32,000 nucleotides of DNA from Archaeoglobus fulgidus DSM 4304 (GTDB taxonomy: Archaea > Halobacteriota > Archaeoglobi > Archaeoglobales > Archaeoglobaceae): contig NC_000917.1 in assembly GCF_000008665.1 (NCBI RefSeq), forward strand, positions 540,001 through 572,000, read 5' to 3'. This document shows, one piece after another, positions 16,065-24,132 of the stretch (positions are counted from its first letter, which is position 1; every line of letters starts with the position of its first letter). The notes below the pieces were generated by a model. That model was not told the DNA's origin, made no database searches, and saw only the letters and a program-made list of their open reading frames with translations. A program made the translations under genes and the position numbers.

Positions 16065-16392
16065 TTAATCTACAAGAACATCAAATTCGCTTATGACCTC
16101 CTTAACTAGCATAAAAAGTTTGTCCAGCGTTACAACCCTTAAACCGTTGTTTATTAGCGATTGCAGAAATTAATGTATACACAGCAGGTACTGGCTCTCC
16201 AATTTTTAAAAGTTCTGTAGAAATCTTTATTGCCAGCCTGTAGTCAGATTTTGATAGGTATAATACCGTTAGATTGAACTCAAGTGCCTTTGGAAATTCT
16301 ATAACGTTTAGTATCGTCGTGTATCCGCTCATACTTTCCTTATTTTTGTACAATTCGATCAATTTGTTTGTATCGTAAAGGTTCTTCTCCAT
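16065..16392 (-). pseudogene. vapC: PIN-domain toxin VapC with a frameshift and a Tyr at a conserved Asp position
   Basis: Track ORF 16102-16392 reads MEKNLYDTNKLIE..VIEFP..PVPAVYTLISAIA. Dropping one A in gctaataaac restores INNGLRVVTLDKLFMLVKEVISEFDVLVD* (stop at 16065-16067). The 328-nt length is 3n+1. Confidence 0.7.
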
Positions 16393-16637
16393 TCAATATC
16401 CTTCATTTTCTCGTAGCTTTCAACAGCTTTCTCGAAATCCAGTTCTTTAAGGCTATTTCTAAAATCTTCGCCAAGTTCTTCTTAAAGTTCCTTGGAGCCA
16501 ACCTCAGTCTCGATCTCTTCCAGCTTTTCCAGATACTCAGCTATTGCTTTCCTTACAACTTCACTCCATCTGATTTCACCATATTTTTTCATCTTCCTGT
16601 AGAGGTCTTCAGGTAATGATAAGGTTATGTTGGGCAT
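16359..16637 (-). pseudogene. vapB: VapB-type RHH antitoxin with an in-frame TAA at codon 52
   Basis: The ATG at 16637 gives MPNITLSLPEDLYRKMKKYGEIRWSEVVRKAIAEYLEKLEEIETEVGSKEL, then TAA (plus-strand tta at 16482-16484), then EELGEDFRNSLKELDFEKAVESYEKMKDIEW... It is a paralogue of 8993-9217. TTA to TAA is a single substitution. Confidence 0.65.
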
Positions 16638-16772
16638 ACACATATTTCTCTGTGAATTCAATATTTAAGATTCCCACTTATTTTTTGTCTTCCAACTCAA
16701 CTTACTCTTCTACTTTCTCCTGCTTTTCTCATTCGACATTAAACAATTTTAAAAACCCTGCCTATTACAAAA

Positions 16773-17675
16773 TTGAAAGCAATGAAAACCTCGGTTATAA
16801 TTTCCACATACACCAAAGAAAGATATAAAGACGTGCTTAGATGTATTGAATCCGTTAGACATCAGAGTTTAAAACCTTATGAAATTCTACTGATTTTAGA
16901 TCCTGTAAAAAGCTTAGTTGAGTACTATAAAAATATTGTCCCAAAAGATGTTAGAGTGGTAGTCTCCGACGGTTTTGGCCTTTCGAAGGCAAGAAATAAG
17001 GGTGTTTTTGAAGCTAAAGGAGATATTATAGCTTTTATTGATGATGATGCTTGGGCTGATGACTTGTGGTTGGAAAAAATCGTCGAAAATTACTCTGACG
17101 AAGGTGTTTACGGTGTTGGTGGCAAGATTATTCCGGTTTTCGAAAACGGAAGACCCAAGTGGCTACCTGAGGAACTGGATTGGATTGTCGGATGCACTTA
17201 CAAAGGTATGCCCGAGCAAAGGACAAATATAAGAAATCCAATTGGGGCAAACATGAGTTTTCGAAGGGAAGCTTTTGAAATTGCCGGTCCATTTAGATCA
17301 GAAATAGGTAGATACGGTAAAAAGCTGTTGAGTGGTGAAGAGGCTGAATTTGCTATGAGATTAAGGAAGATCAAGCCTGATGCTAAAATAATTTATGAAC
17401 CATCAGCGGTGGTTTACCATAAAGTTCCAAAGAGTAGGGTAAGAATCAGCTATGCAGTAAAAAGAGCGTTCTATGAAGGCTATTCCAAGGCCATTCTTGC
17501 GAAAGAATTTCCTCTAGAAATGGAAAGTAAATATTTGAACTTCATCCTCAGATCAATCTTAAGGAAGCTTCTAAGCAAAGGACAACAAATCGAGGCTCTG
17601 GTAATGTCTGTGATAGTCATGACTGTCGGAATCGGTAATTTGTATGGAACCTGCAGAATTTTATTGAGAAAGTGA
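16773..17675 (+). CDS. GT2-family glycosyltransferase
   Basis: 300-aa ORF: TSVIISTYTKERYKDVLRCIESVRHQS..ILLILD..ARNKGVFEAKGDIIAFIDDDAWAD (GT-A DxD). The ATG at 16782 is a more likely start than the TTG at 16773. Confidence 0.85.
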   Translation: MKAMKTSVIISTYTKERYKDVLRCIESVRHQSLKPYEILLILDPVKSLVEYYKNIVPKDVRVVVSDGFGLSKARNKGVFEAKGDIIAFIDDDAWADDLWLEKIVENYSDEGVYGVGGKIIPVFENGRPKWLPEELDWIVGCTYKGMPEQRTNIRNPIGANMSFRREAFEIAGPFRSEIGRYGKKLLSGEEAEFAMRLRKIKPDAKIIYEPSAVVYHKVPKSRVRISYAVKRAFYEGYSKAILAKEFPLEMESKYLNFILRSILRKLLSKGQQIEALVMSVIVMTVGIGNLYGTCRILLRK

Positions 17676-17682
17676 TAAAAAT

Positions 17683-17931
17683 ACCATTAATTGTGGATTC
17701 CAGCCAGGAGGGTTCATGCCTCCAGCAACGGATTCTCATAGCATAACGGACTTTTAGAGGCGCTATCAAAAGTGAACGCTTTTCGCCGAACCCTCCAATC
17801 CTGAAAGTATCGCGAAGGCCATTGCCGAGGTTTACCGTAAACAAGGCAAACGCTATTCTCCACCAGAGGGGCTTAAGTGGGAGAACATAACCAGGAAATG
17901 GCGTGCTTTGTTGGAGGAATTATTACGCTGA
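17683..17931 (+). pseudogene. C-terminal fragment of a GT4 glycosyltransferase abutting the tRNA gene
   Basis: 17788-17931 reads EPSNPESIAKAIAEVYRKQGKRYSPPEGLKWENITRKWRALLEELLR* (GT4 tail, ..sWe......). 17683-17788 shows a degenerate IPLIVDS../PGG.. core in shifting frames. Composition is core-like. Confidence 0.6.
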
Positions 17932-17940
17932 TTTTAGACA

Positions 17941-18013
17941 TAGCCCCGCGGGGATTCGAACCCCGGTCGCGGGCTCCAAAGGCCCGCATGATTGACCGCT
18001 ACACCACGGGGCT
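17941..18013 (-). tRNA. tRNA-Gln (anticodon UUG), no intron, CCA not encoded
   Basis: The reverse complement AGCCCCG UG GUGU AGCGGUCAA UCAU G CGGGC CUUUGGA GCCCG CGAC CGGGG UUCGAAU CCCCG CGGGGCU A folds as a cloverleaf. It has a 7-bp acceptor stem (A1:U72), 5-bp anticodon and T stems, and a UUCGAAU T-loop. Confidence 0.9.
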
Positions 18014-18052
18014 TCATAAAGTCTTCGCCATTTGTGGTAATAACGGTTTCGT

Positions 18053-18670
18053 TTAGAAATCGTCAAGCGTCTTCTGCCTCAGATTTGACACCGTCTTCCA
18101 GCGCATTCTCACGCAGCTCGGAATTCTGCCTGAAGCTATCCACTCCTTCAGCACTTCTCTTGTCCTCGGATCGCTCGCATAGCCGCTGCCGAAATCCCCG
18201 AATTTTTCTTTCAGCCTCTCAATCTCCCGCTCCCTTTCCACCTTTGCGATGATTGAAGCCGCAGCTACCAGGGGATACTTCTCGTCCGCCTTGTGCTCGG
18301 CCACAACTCTCAACCCCGTAATCTCCTCAAGCTCCCTCGAAAGTCTCTCGGGAATCACATCAGGACTGTCAACATAAGCAATTTCCGGCTTCAGCCTGAG
18401 AATTATTTCAGCGTAGCACTCCTTCAAAATCTCGTTTATGGTTTTAGCAGCCATCCTTTCGTCGAGATTTTCGGGAGAAACTTTCAAAACCTCCGTTCTG
18501 CAGATTTTCCTTATTTCCTCGGCTAGTTCCTCTCTCCTCCCCTGACTTAGCTTTTTGGAGTCTTTCACACCAAGCTTTCTCAGCCTATCCTCATCGCTGC
18601 AAGCCACTCCTGCAACAACCAGTGGGCCGATGACGCAGCCCTTTCCAGCCTCATCGATGCCTGCCTTCAT
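18053..18670 (-). CDS. rnhB: Ribonuclease HII
   Basis: 205-aa ORF: MKAGIDEAGKGCVIGPLVVAG (DEAG(K/R)G motif) and ..VAAASIIAKVERE... Confidence 0.92.
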   Translation of the reverse strand: MKAGIDEAGKGCVIGPLVVAGVACSDEDRLRKLGVKDSKKLSQGRREELAEEIRKICRTEVLKVSPENLDERMAAKTINEILKECYAEIILRLKPEIAYVDSPDVIPERLSRELEEITGLRVVAEHKADEKYPLVAAASIIAKVEREREIERLKEKFGDFGSGYASDPRTREVLKEWIASGRIPSCVRMRWKTVSNLRQKTLDDF

Positions 18671-19971
18671 CAGAAACCCAGCTTCCCCAGACCCTTTATT
18701 GGCAGCTTGTTCTTCTTCATCTTCTTCATAAGGTTCTTCATCGTCTTGTAGTAGTTCAGAAGCTCCTTGACCTCCTGAGGAGAGGTTCCGCTCCCGATTG
18801 CTATCCTCCTTATCCTCGAAGAATCGATGATTTTTGGATTCAGCAACTCCTCCTCAGTCATCGAATCCATAATCACTCTGAATTTCTTCATTTTCTCCTG
18901 CGTCATCTCCATTACGTCATTATCAACCTTCAATCCCAGGCCAAAGGGGAGCATCTCGAAAATCTTTCTAACCGGCCCCATTTTGTTCATTGCCTCTATC
19001 TGCTTGTAAATGTCTTTCAGCGTGAAGGTTCCCTTCAGGAATGCTTCAGGATCTAGCTCCTCCTCGCTTGCAATCCTCTCAATCTTCTCCATTAGCGCCT
19101 TGATATCTCCCATTCCAAGCAGTCTCGAAACGAAGCCAGCGGGATCAAAGCGTTCGAAGTCCTCCACCTTCTCTCCCGTTCCTATGAATGCTATCGGTAT
19201 TCCAATCTGCCTCGCTGCCGACAAAGCACCACCACCCTTCGCCGTTCCATCGAACTTCGTGATGATTATGCCATTGATTCCTATAGCCTCGTGAAACGCC
19301 TGAGCTTGCTTGCTTGCAAGCTGGCCTATCGCTGCATCAAGCACGAGCAGCTTGTAGTCCGGCCTCGCAACCTCTGCAATCTTTATCATCTCATCAATCA
19401 GCTCATCTTCGAGCGCATGCCTTCCGGCTGTGTCTATGATTATCATGTCGTGGTCTTTGAGCTTTTCCAGCGCGTTTTTGACTATTTTGACCGCATCTTT
19501 TTCCCCCTTCTCGCCGTAGAACGTTATTCCGTACTCCTCCGCAAGCTGCCTTAGCTGCTCGTAGGCTGCAGGTCTCCATGTGTCGGCTGCAACAACAGCA
19601 ACCTTCATCCCCCTGTCTTTGAAGTATTTGGCCATTTTGGCCGTTGTTGTGGTCTTACCGCTCCCCTGAAGACCGACGAGCATAATCTTGGCCTTTTTCA
19701 GCGGTATCTCAAGCCCCTCTCCCACTCCCCTGAGCAACTCCTCGTAAACGATTTTGAGAATCTGCTCCTTTGCGTTGAGAGCGGGAAGAACGTCCTCGCT
19801 TAGAGCCCTTTTCTTTATCGCATCGCTGATTTCCTTAACCTGCCTGACATTGACATCAGCCTTGATGAGGGCTCTCTGTATCTCCTTAACCATCTCCTCG
19901 ACGAATTTCTTATCAATGCTCGATGACCCCGCAATTTTCCTTGCAACTTCCTTGAGAGATTCAAGAGCCAT
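18670..19971 (-). CDS. srp54: Signal recognition particle 54 kDa protein
   Basis: 433-aa ORF with the SRP GTPase motifs GLQGSGKTTT, DTAGR and TKFDG, and a Met-rich C-terminal M domain. Its stop overlaps the rnhB start (TGATG). Confidence 0.95.
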   Translation of the reverse strand: MALESLKEVARKIAGSSSIDKKFVEEMVKEIQRALIKADVNVRQVKEISDAIKKRALSEDVLPALNAKEQILKIVYEELLRGVGEGLEIPLKKAKIMLVGLQGSGKTTTTAKMAKYFKDRGMKVAVVAADTWRPAAYEQLRQLAEEYGITFYGEKGEKDAVKIVKNALEKLKDHDMIIIDTAGRHALEDELIDEMIKIAEVARPDYKLLVLDAAIGQLASKQAQAFHEAIGINGIIITKFDGTAKGGGALSAARQIGIPIAFIGTGEKVEDFERFDPAGFVSRLLGMGDIKALMEKIERIASEEELDPEAFLKGTFTLKDIYKQIEAMNKMGPVRKIFEMLPFGLGLKVDNDVMEMTQEKMKKFRVIMDSMTEEELLNPKIIDSSRIRRIAIGSGTSPQEVKELLNYYKTMKNLMKKMKKNKLPIKGLGKLGF

Positions 19972-19989
19972 TGATATAACTAAGCAGGA

Positions 19990-20001
19990 AGTATTAAAAG
20001 G
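19990..20001 (-). promoter_or_regulatory. TATA-like box for srp54-rnhB
   Basis: The minus-strand ttttaata (19992-19999) lies ~25 nt upstream of the ATG at 19971. It is divergent from the lig promoter within a 70-nt spacer. Confidence 0.4.
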
Positions 20002-20010
20002 TTGGCGATA

Positions 20011-20022
20011 GTATTTTATTGA
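20011..20022 (+). promoter_or_regulatory. TATA-like box for lig
   Basis: attttatt at 20013-20020 lies ~26 nt upstream of the ATG at 20042. Confidence 0.4.
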
Positions 20023-20041
20023 ACCAGGCAGACTAAAATCG

Positions 20042-21712
20042 ATGATGTTGTTTGCCGAGTTTGCCGAGTTCTGCGAAAGGCTCGAAAAAATATCGTCAAC
20101 ACTTGAGCTTACCGCGAGGATAGCTGCGTTTCTTCAAAAAATTGAGGATGAGAGAGACCTTTATGACGTTGTCCTTTTTATCACCGGCAAGGTTTACCCG
20201 CCGTGGGATGAGAGGGAGCTTGGTGTCGGGATTGGATTGCTCTACGAGGCTCTTGAAAACGTAAGCGGAGTCAAGAGAAGCGAGATAGAGAGTATGATAA
20301 GGGAGTACGGAGACCTCGGTCTCGTTGCGGAGCAGCTGATAAAGAAGAAGAAAATGACAACCCTCGCCTTCGAGGAGCTTACAGTGAGGAAAGTGAGGGA
20401 GACCTTCGATGAGATCGCATCTTTGACGGGAGAAGGGAGCATGAAAAGAAAGATTATGCTCCTCACCGGCCTCTACGGTCTCGCAACTCCACTAGAGGCG
20501 AGGTACCTTACAAGGCTGATTTTGAATGAGATGCGCCTTGGTGTTGGAGAGGGCATAATGAGGGATGCTATAGCCAGAGCTTTCAGGGCGGATCCGGAAA
20601 CGGTTGAGAGGGCTTACATGATCACCAACGACCTCGGCAGGGTGGCAGTGGTTGCCAAGAAAGAGGGCGAGGAGGGCTTGAGGAAAATGAAGATAGAGAT
20701 TCACATTCCGGTCAGAATGATGCTCGCACAGGTTGCTGAGAGCCTCGAAAGCGCAGTTAGAGAGATGAGAACAGCGGCGGTGGAGTGGAAGTTCGACGGG
20801 AGCAGAGTTCAGGTTCACTGGGATGGGAGCAGAGTTACAATCTACTCAAGAAGGCTTGAGAACGTTACCAACGCCTTGCCGGACATAGTGGAGGAGATAA
20901 AGAAGAGCGTCAAGCCGGGCGTCATTCTTGACGGAGAAGTTATTGCGGTCAAGGAAGGAAAGCCGATGCCGTTTCAACATGTGCTGAGAAGGTTCAGGAG
21001 AAAGCACGATGTGGCAAAGATGGTTGAGAAAATACCGCTTGAAGCTCACTTCTTTGACATTCTCTACCACGATGGAGAGTGCATAGACCTTCCGCTGAGG
21101 GAGAGGAGAAAGCTACTGGAATCCGCAGTAAATGAGTCGGAGAAAATCAAACTGGCGAAGCAGATAGTTACGGACAGTGTTGATGAGGTAAGAAAGATGT
21201 ACGATGAGGCTATCAGCGCAGGGCACGAGGGAGTGATGATCAAGCTACCCTCATCCCCCTACATTCCGGGGAAGAGGGGCAAGAACTGGCTTAAGGTCAA
21301 GGCGATAATGGAAACTCTCGACCTCGTTGTGGTTGGAGGAGAGTGGGGAGAGGGAAAAAGGAGTCACTGGTTAAGCTCCTTTGAGCTCGCCTGCCTTGAT
21401 CCGGTAACGGGCAAACTGCTTAAGGTAGGAAGGGTCGCCACGGGCTTCACTGAGGAGGATCTGGAGGAGCTGACAGAGATGTTCAGACCCCTCATCGTCT
21501 CGCAGCAGGGGAAGAAGGTGGAGTTCATCCCGAAGTACGTTTTCGAGGTTGCGTATCAGGAGATTCAGAAAAGCCCGAAATACGAGAGCGGTTATGCGCT
21601 GAGATTCCCCAGGTTCGTCAGACTGAGGGATGATAAGGATGTTGACGAGGCGGATACGATAGAGAGGGTTGAGAACCTTTATAAGCTACAGTTCGAGGTA
21701 AAGAGACAATGA
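20042..21712 (+). CDS. lig: ATP-dependent DNA ligase
   Basis: 556-aa ORF with the adenylation motif EWKFDGSRVQVH (KxDG). It also has GVMIK, KNWLKVK and an OB-fold C-terminus. Confidence 0.95.
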   Translation: MMLFAEFAEFCERLEKISSTLELTARIAAFLQKIEDERDLYDVVLFITGKVYPPWDERELGVGIGLLYEALENVSGVKRSEIESMIREYGDLGLVAEQLIKKKKMTTLAFEELTVRKVRETFDEIASLTGEGSMKRKIMLLTGLYGLATPLEARYLTRLILNEMRLGVGEGIMRDAIARAFRADPETVERAYMITNDLGRVAVVAKKEGEEGLRKMKIEIHIPVRMMLAQVAESLESAVREMRTAAVEWKFDGSRVQVHWDGSRVTIYSRRLENVTNALPDIVEEIKKSVKPGVILDGEVIAVKEGKPMPFQHVLRRFRRKHDVAKMVEKIPLEAHFFDILYHDGECIDLPLRERRKLLESAVNESEKIKLAKQIVTDSVDEVRKMYDEAISAGHEGVMIKLPSSPYIPGKRGKNWLKVKAIMETLDLVVVGGEWGEGKRSHWLSSFELACLDPVTGKLLKVGRVATGFTEEDLEELTEMFRPLIVSQQGKKVEFIPKYVFEVAYQEIQKSPKYESGYALRFPRFVRLRDDKDVDEADTIERVENLYKLQFEVKRQ

Positions 21713-22266
21713 ATGACGAGAGAAGGTTCGTAATCGCATCATCTTTGCTCCTCACCATCCTTTTCACAGCATCAGTCTATGCCGGATACACAGCAGGGCA
21801 GGATTACCCGATTGAGAAGGAGCTGAAAAGGTTCTTCGAGTACTTAGGAGGATTCTTCGATAATCCGATAATTCTCGCCCTCATCATCTTCGCAAACAAC
21901 GCTGGCAAATCGCTGATCGCCATGCTTGCCGGCTTCTTCTTCGGCATATTTCCTATTGCATTCGTGATGCTTAACGGTTACATTGTTGGAGTTGTTATTT
22001 CGTGGAGAGAGCCTGACTGGGGTCTGGCAAAGGTCGTTCTTGCAATCATACCGCATGGAATCCTCGAAATTCCGGCTATTATTATCGCATGCGCTTACGG
22101 GGTGTGGCTGGGATACAGATTCTACTTAGCATTGTTCAGAGGGGAGGAATTCAAGAAGTATCTGCTCAGAGCGGTAAGGGTTTACGTTAAACTGGTTTTA
22201 CCGATTCTGCTCATCGCGGCCTTTGTTGAAGCTTTTATAACGCCAGTGGTCGTTGGAGCAGCATGA
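21709..22266 (+). CDS. SpoIIM-like (DUF95) integral membrane protein
   Basis: 185-aa ORF with multiple TM segments. The PHGILEIPAIIIACAYG motif is typical of the stage II sporulation protein M family. Confidence 0.7.
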   Translation: MNDERRFVIASSLLLTILFTASVYAGYTAGQDYPIEKELKRFFEYLGGFFDNPIILALIIFANNAGKSLIAMLAGFFFGIFPIAFVMLNGYIVGVVISWREPDWGLAKVVLAIIPHGILEIPAIIIACAYGVWLGYRFYLALFRGEEFKKYLLRAVRVYVKLVLPILLIAAFVEAFITPVVVGAA

Positions 22267-23099
22267 AACTCGTGGTTTGCAGTGAAAGTGACACCGCAGG
22301 TCAGAACATCAAAGATAATTTACTCACCTTTGCCGACTTCGAAGAAAAGGATGTGGGGGAGTTCAAACTCTACCTTTCAGACGAGTTTTACATAGCCGAA
22401 ACAAAGGAGAGGCTCATCTACGCCGACCACATCGACGAAAAACTGGCAAAGTACATCGATTTTGAGGAAATTCTTTTCGCCTCAAGGCACAGCAGCAAGG
22501 ACGGCAGAAAGATTTTCACCGTACACGTTTCGGGAAATGTCGGGACCGCAGACTTCGGGGGAAAGCCCTACAGCCTTGCAAAGCCATCCCCGCAAACGAT
22601 GAAGAACTACGTTCTCGCCTTAAGGGAAAGGCTGGACAGAAAGCCGGAATTCGAGTTCACAATGGAGGTCACGCACCACGGCCCATCTGAGATATCCAAG
22701 CCTTCGGCGTTCTACGAAATCGGCTCAACTGAGGAGGAATGGAAAGACAGAGAGGCTGCAGAAGTAGTCGCAGAGGCAATGCTGGATGCGATAAGGGCAG
22801 AAAAGATGGACTGGAATGTTGCGGTTGGTGTTGGAGGGACGCATTACGCTCCAAGGCAGACCGAAATCATGCTCACCACAACCTTTACCTTCGGTCACAA
22901 CTTCGCAAAGTACACCTTCGAGCACCTGACAGCCGAATTTCTGGTTAAGGCAGTAAAGCTGAGCGAGGCTGAGTACATTATCATCGACGAGAAGTCCGTG
23001 AACTCAGCGGTGAAGAAAATCGTGAATGAAGCTGCAGAGGTTGCGGGTGTTGAAGTTCTGAAGAGCAAAAAAGTAAAGAAGGATTTTCGGTTAGTCTGA
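22263..23099 (+). CDS. dtdA: D-aminoacyl-tRNA deacylase, archaeal DtdA type
   Basis: 278-aa ORF. ASRHSS..., EVTHHGPSE, FYEIGSTEEEW and GVGGTHYAPRQT match the archaeal tRNA_deacylase family. Confidence 0.85.
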   Translation: MKLVVCSESDTAGQNIKDNLLTFADFEEKDVGEFKLYLSDEFYIAETKERLIYADHIDEKLAKYIDFEEILFASRHSSKDGRKIFTVHVSGNVGTADFGGKPYSLAKPSPQTMKNYVLALRERLDRKPEFEFTMEVTHHGPSEISKPSAFYEIGSTEEEWKDREAAEVVAEAMLDAIRAEKMDWNVAVGVGGTHYAPRQTEIMLTTTFTFGHNFAKYTFEHLTAEFLVKAVKLSEAEYIIIDEKSVNSAVKKIVNEAAEVAGVEVLKSKKVKKDFRLV

Positions 23100-23747
23100 G
23101 GGCAGAAGCGAGGCCAGCCAGCCAACGTAGTCAGCTACTGACCTCGTCTGAATCCAAACTTTCCCTTTTCCTTTGAAGTCAACAACCAGCCCTTCACCGC
23201 TGAGAACCGTGGCCTTAAGCCCACCGACCTTGCTCACTTTGTAATCGAGCGTGGGCTCGAAAGCAACGATGTGGCCAGTGTCAACCCTAAGGTGGCCGTC
23301 AACCTGGAGCTCCTCGATGCTTCCGAACGAGGAGAGGAAGAGGTCACCCGTGCCCTCAATTTTAAGAAGAAACAGTCCCTCTCCGGCGAAGAACGTTCTG
23401 CCACCTCCCCACTTCGTGTCAACCTCAATGCCATCGCTCGAAGCCAGAAAGGCCCCACTCTGGGCTAAGATTGTTCCGTTCAGCGGTATGTGGATAATAT
23501 CGCCTTGATAGGTTGGTGCGAGGCCGAGAACGCCCTCCCCTCTGGAAACGAACCGGTTGACGAAAAAGGACTCCCCACCGAGCAGAGACCTCTTTAAACC
23601 ACCAAGAAGTCCACCCTTCATCTCCGTTTTTAGCTCAACGTCCTTCATGTAAACCATTGCTCCGGTTTCGGCAAGCACCTCCTCTCCTGGCCTAAGCTTA
23701 AGCTCCAGCATGCTGTAACTCGGCCTTCCCACTATTCTGTGCTCCAT
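23091..23747 (-). CDS. AIM24/TIGR00266-family (DUF124) protein
   Basis: 218-aa ORF: GRPSYSMLELKLRPGEEVLAETGAMVYM.. The Gly-rich beta repeats are typical of this family. It converges on and overlaps dtdA by 9 nt. Confidence 0.7.
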   Translation of the reverse strand: MEHRIVGRPSYSMLELKLRPGEEVLAETGAMVYMKDVELKTEMKGGLLGGLKRSLLGGESFFVNRFVSRGEGVLGLAPTYQGDIIHIPLNGTILAQSGAFLASSDGIEVDTKWGGGRTFFAGEGLFLLKIEGTGDLFLSSFGSIEELQVDGHLRVDTGHIVAFEPTLDYKVSKVGGLKATVLSGEGLVVDFKGKGKVWIQTRSVADYVGWLASLLPSD

Positions 23748-24132
23748 GTGCTCGTTTTTTATTTGAAAATATATAAGTACTTGGAAAGAATTCTGCTAAG
23801 GTTACGATGTTTACGTAGATATGCTATATCAAAAGAAGAGAGAAATTGAAGCATACTCTAATGTTGTGGATATCGATTTAATTTTTTATTTTTGGTTTAA
23901 GGTCGTAAATATTCAAATTCTTCTTTGAATGCTTCGTATACGAGTTCTGCTCTGCTGCCATTTTTATTGTCTTCGGGGGTCGAATACCAGTTAAATCGAA
24001 AATTGGAAAATGGTTTTAGATAAATATTATATTTTTGATAATATTGTTAATGAGACCTACCAAACCTTCTCCAACAGTTTCCGTATTCTCTGCTCTAGGA
24101 TATTCAAAAACGATATTGCAAACGCTAAAAAA

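Noticed and set aside
9722-17931. A single inversion linking the GT4 N-terminal fragment (9722-9950, minus) with the GT4 C-terminal fragment (17683-17931, plus)
   Set aside because: The orientations are compatible with an inversion. However, the two pieces together account for only ~150 of ~360 codons. The N-terminal piece is clearly a paralogue of 14919-15995. I cannot show that the two pieces derive from one gene.
23800-24132. An AT-rich 380-nt spacer containing a minus-strand open stretch ..NWYSTPEDNKNGSRAELVYEAFKEEFEYLRP* and a 27-codon ATG ORF
   Set aside because: The longer frame has no start codon, I recognise no family, and it is too short to support. It may be a relic but it cannot be substantiated from sequence alone.
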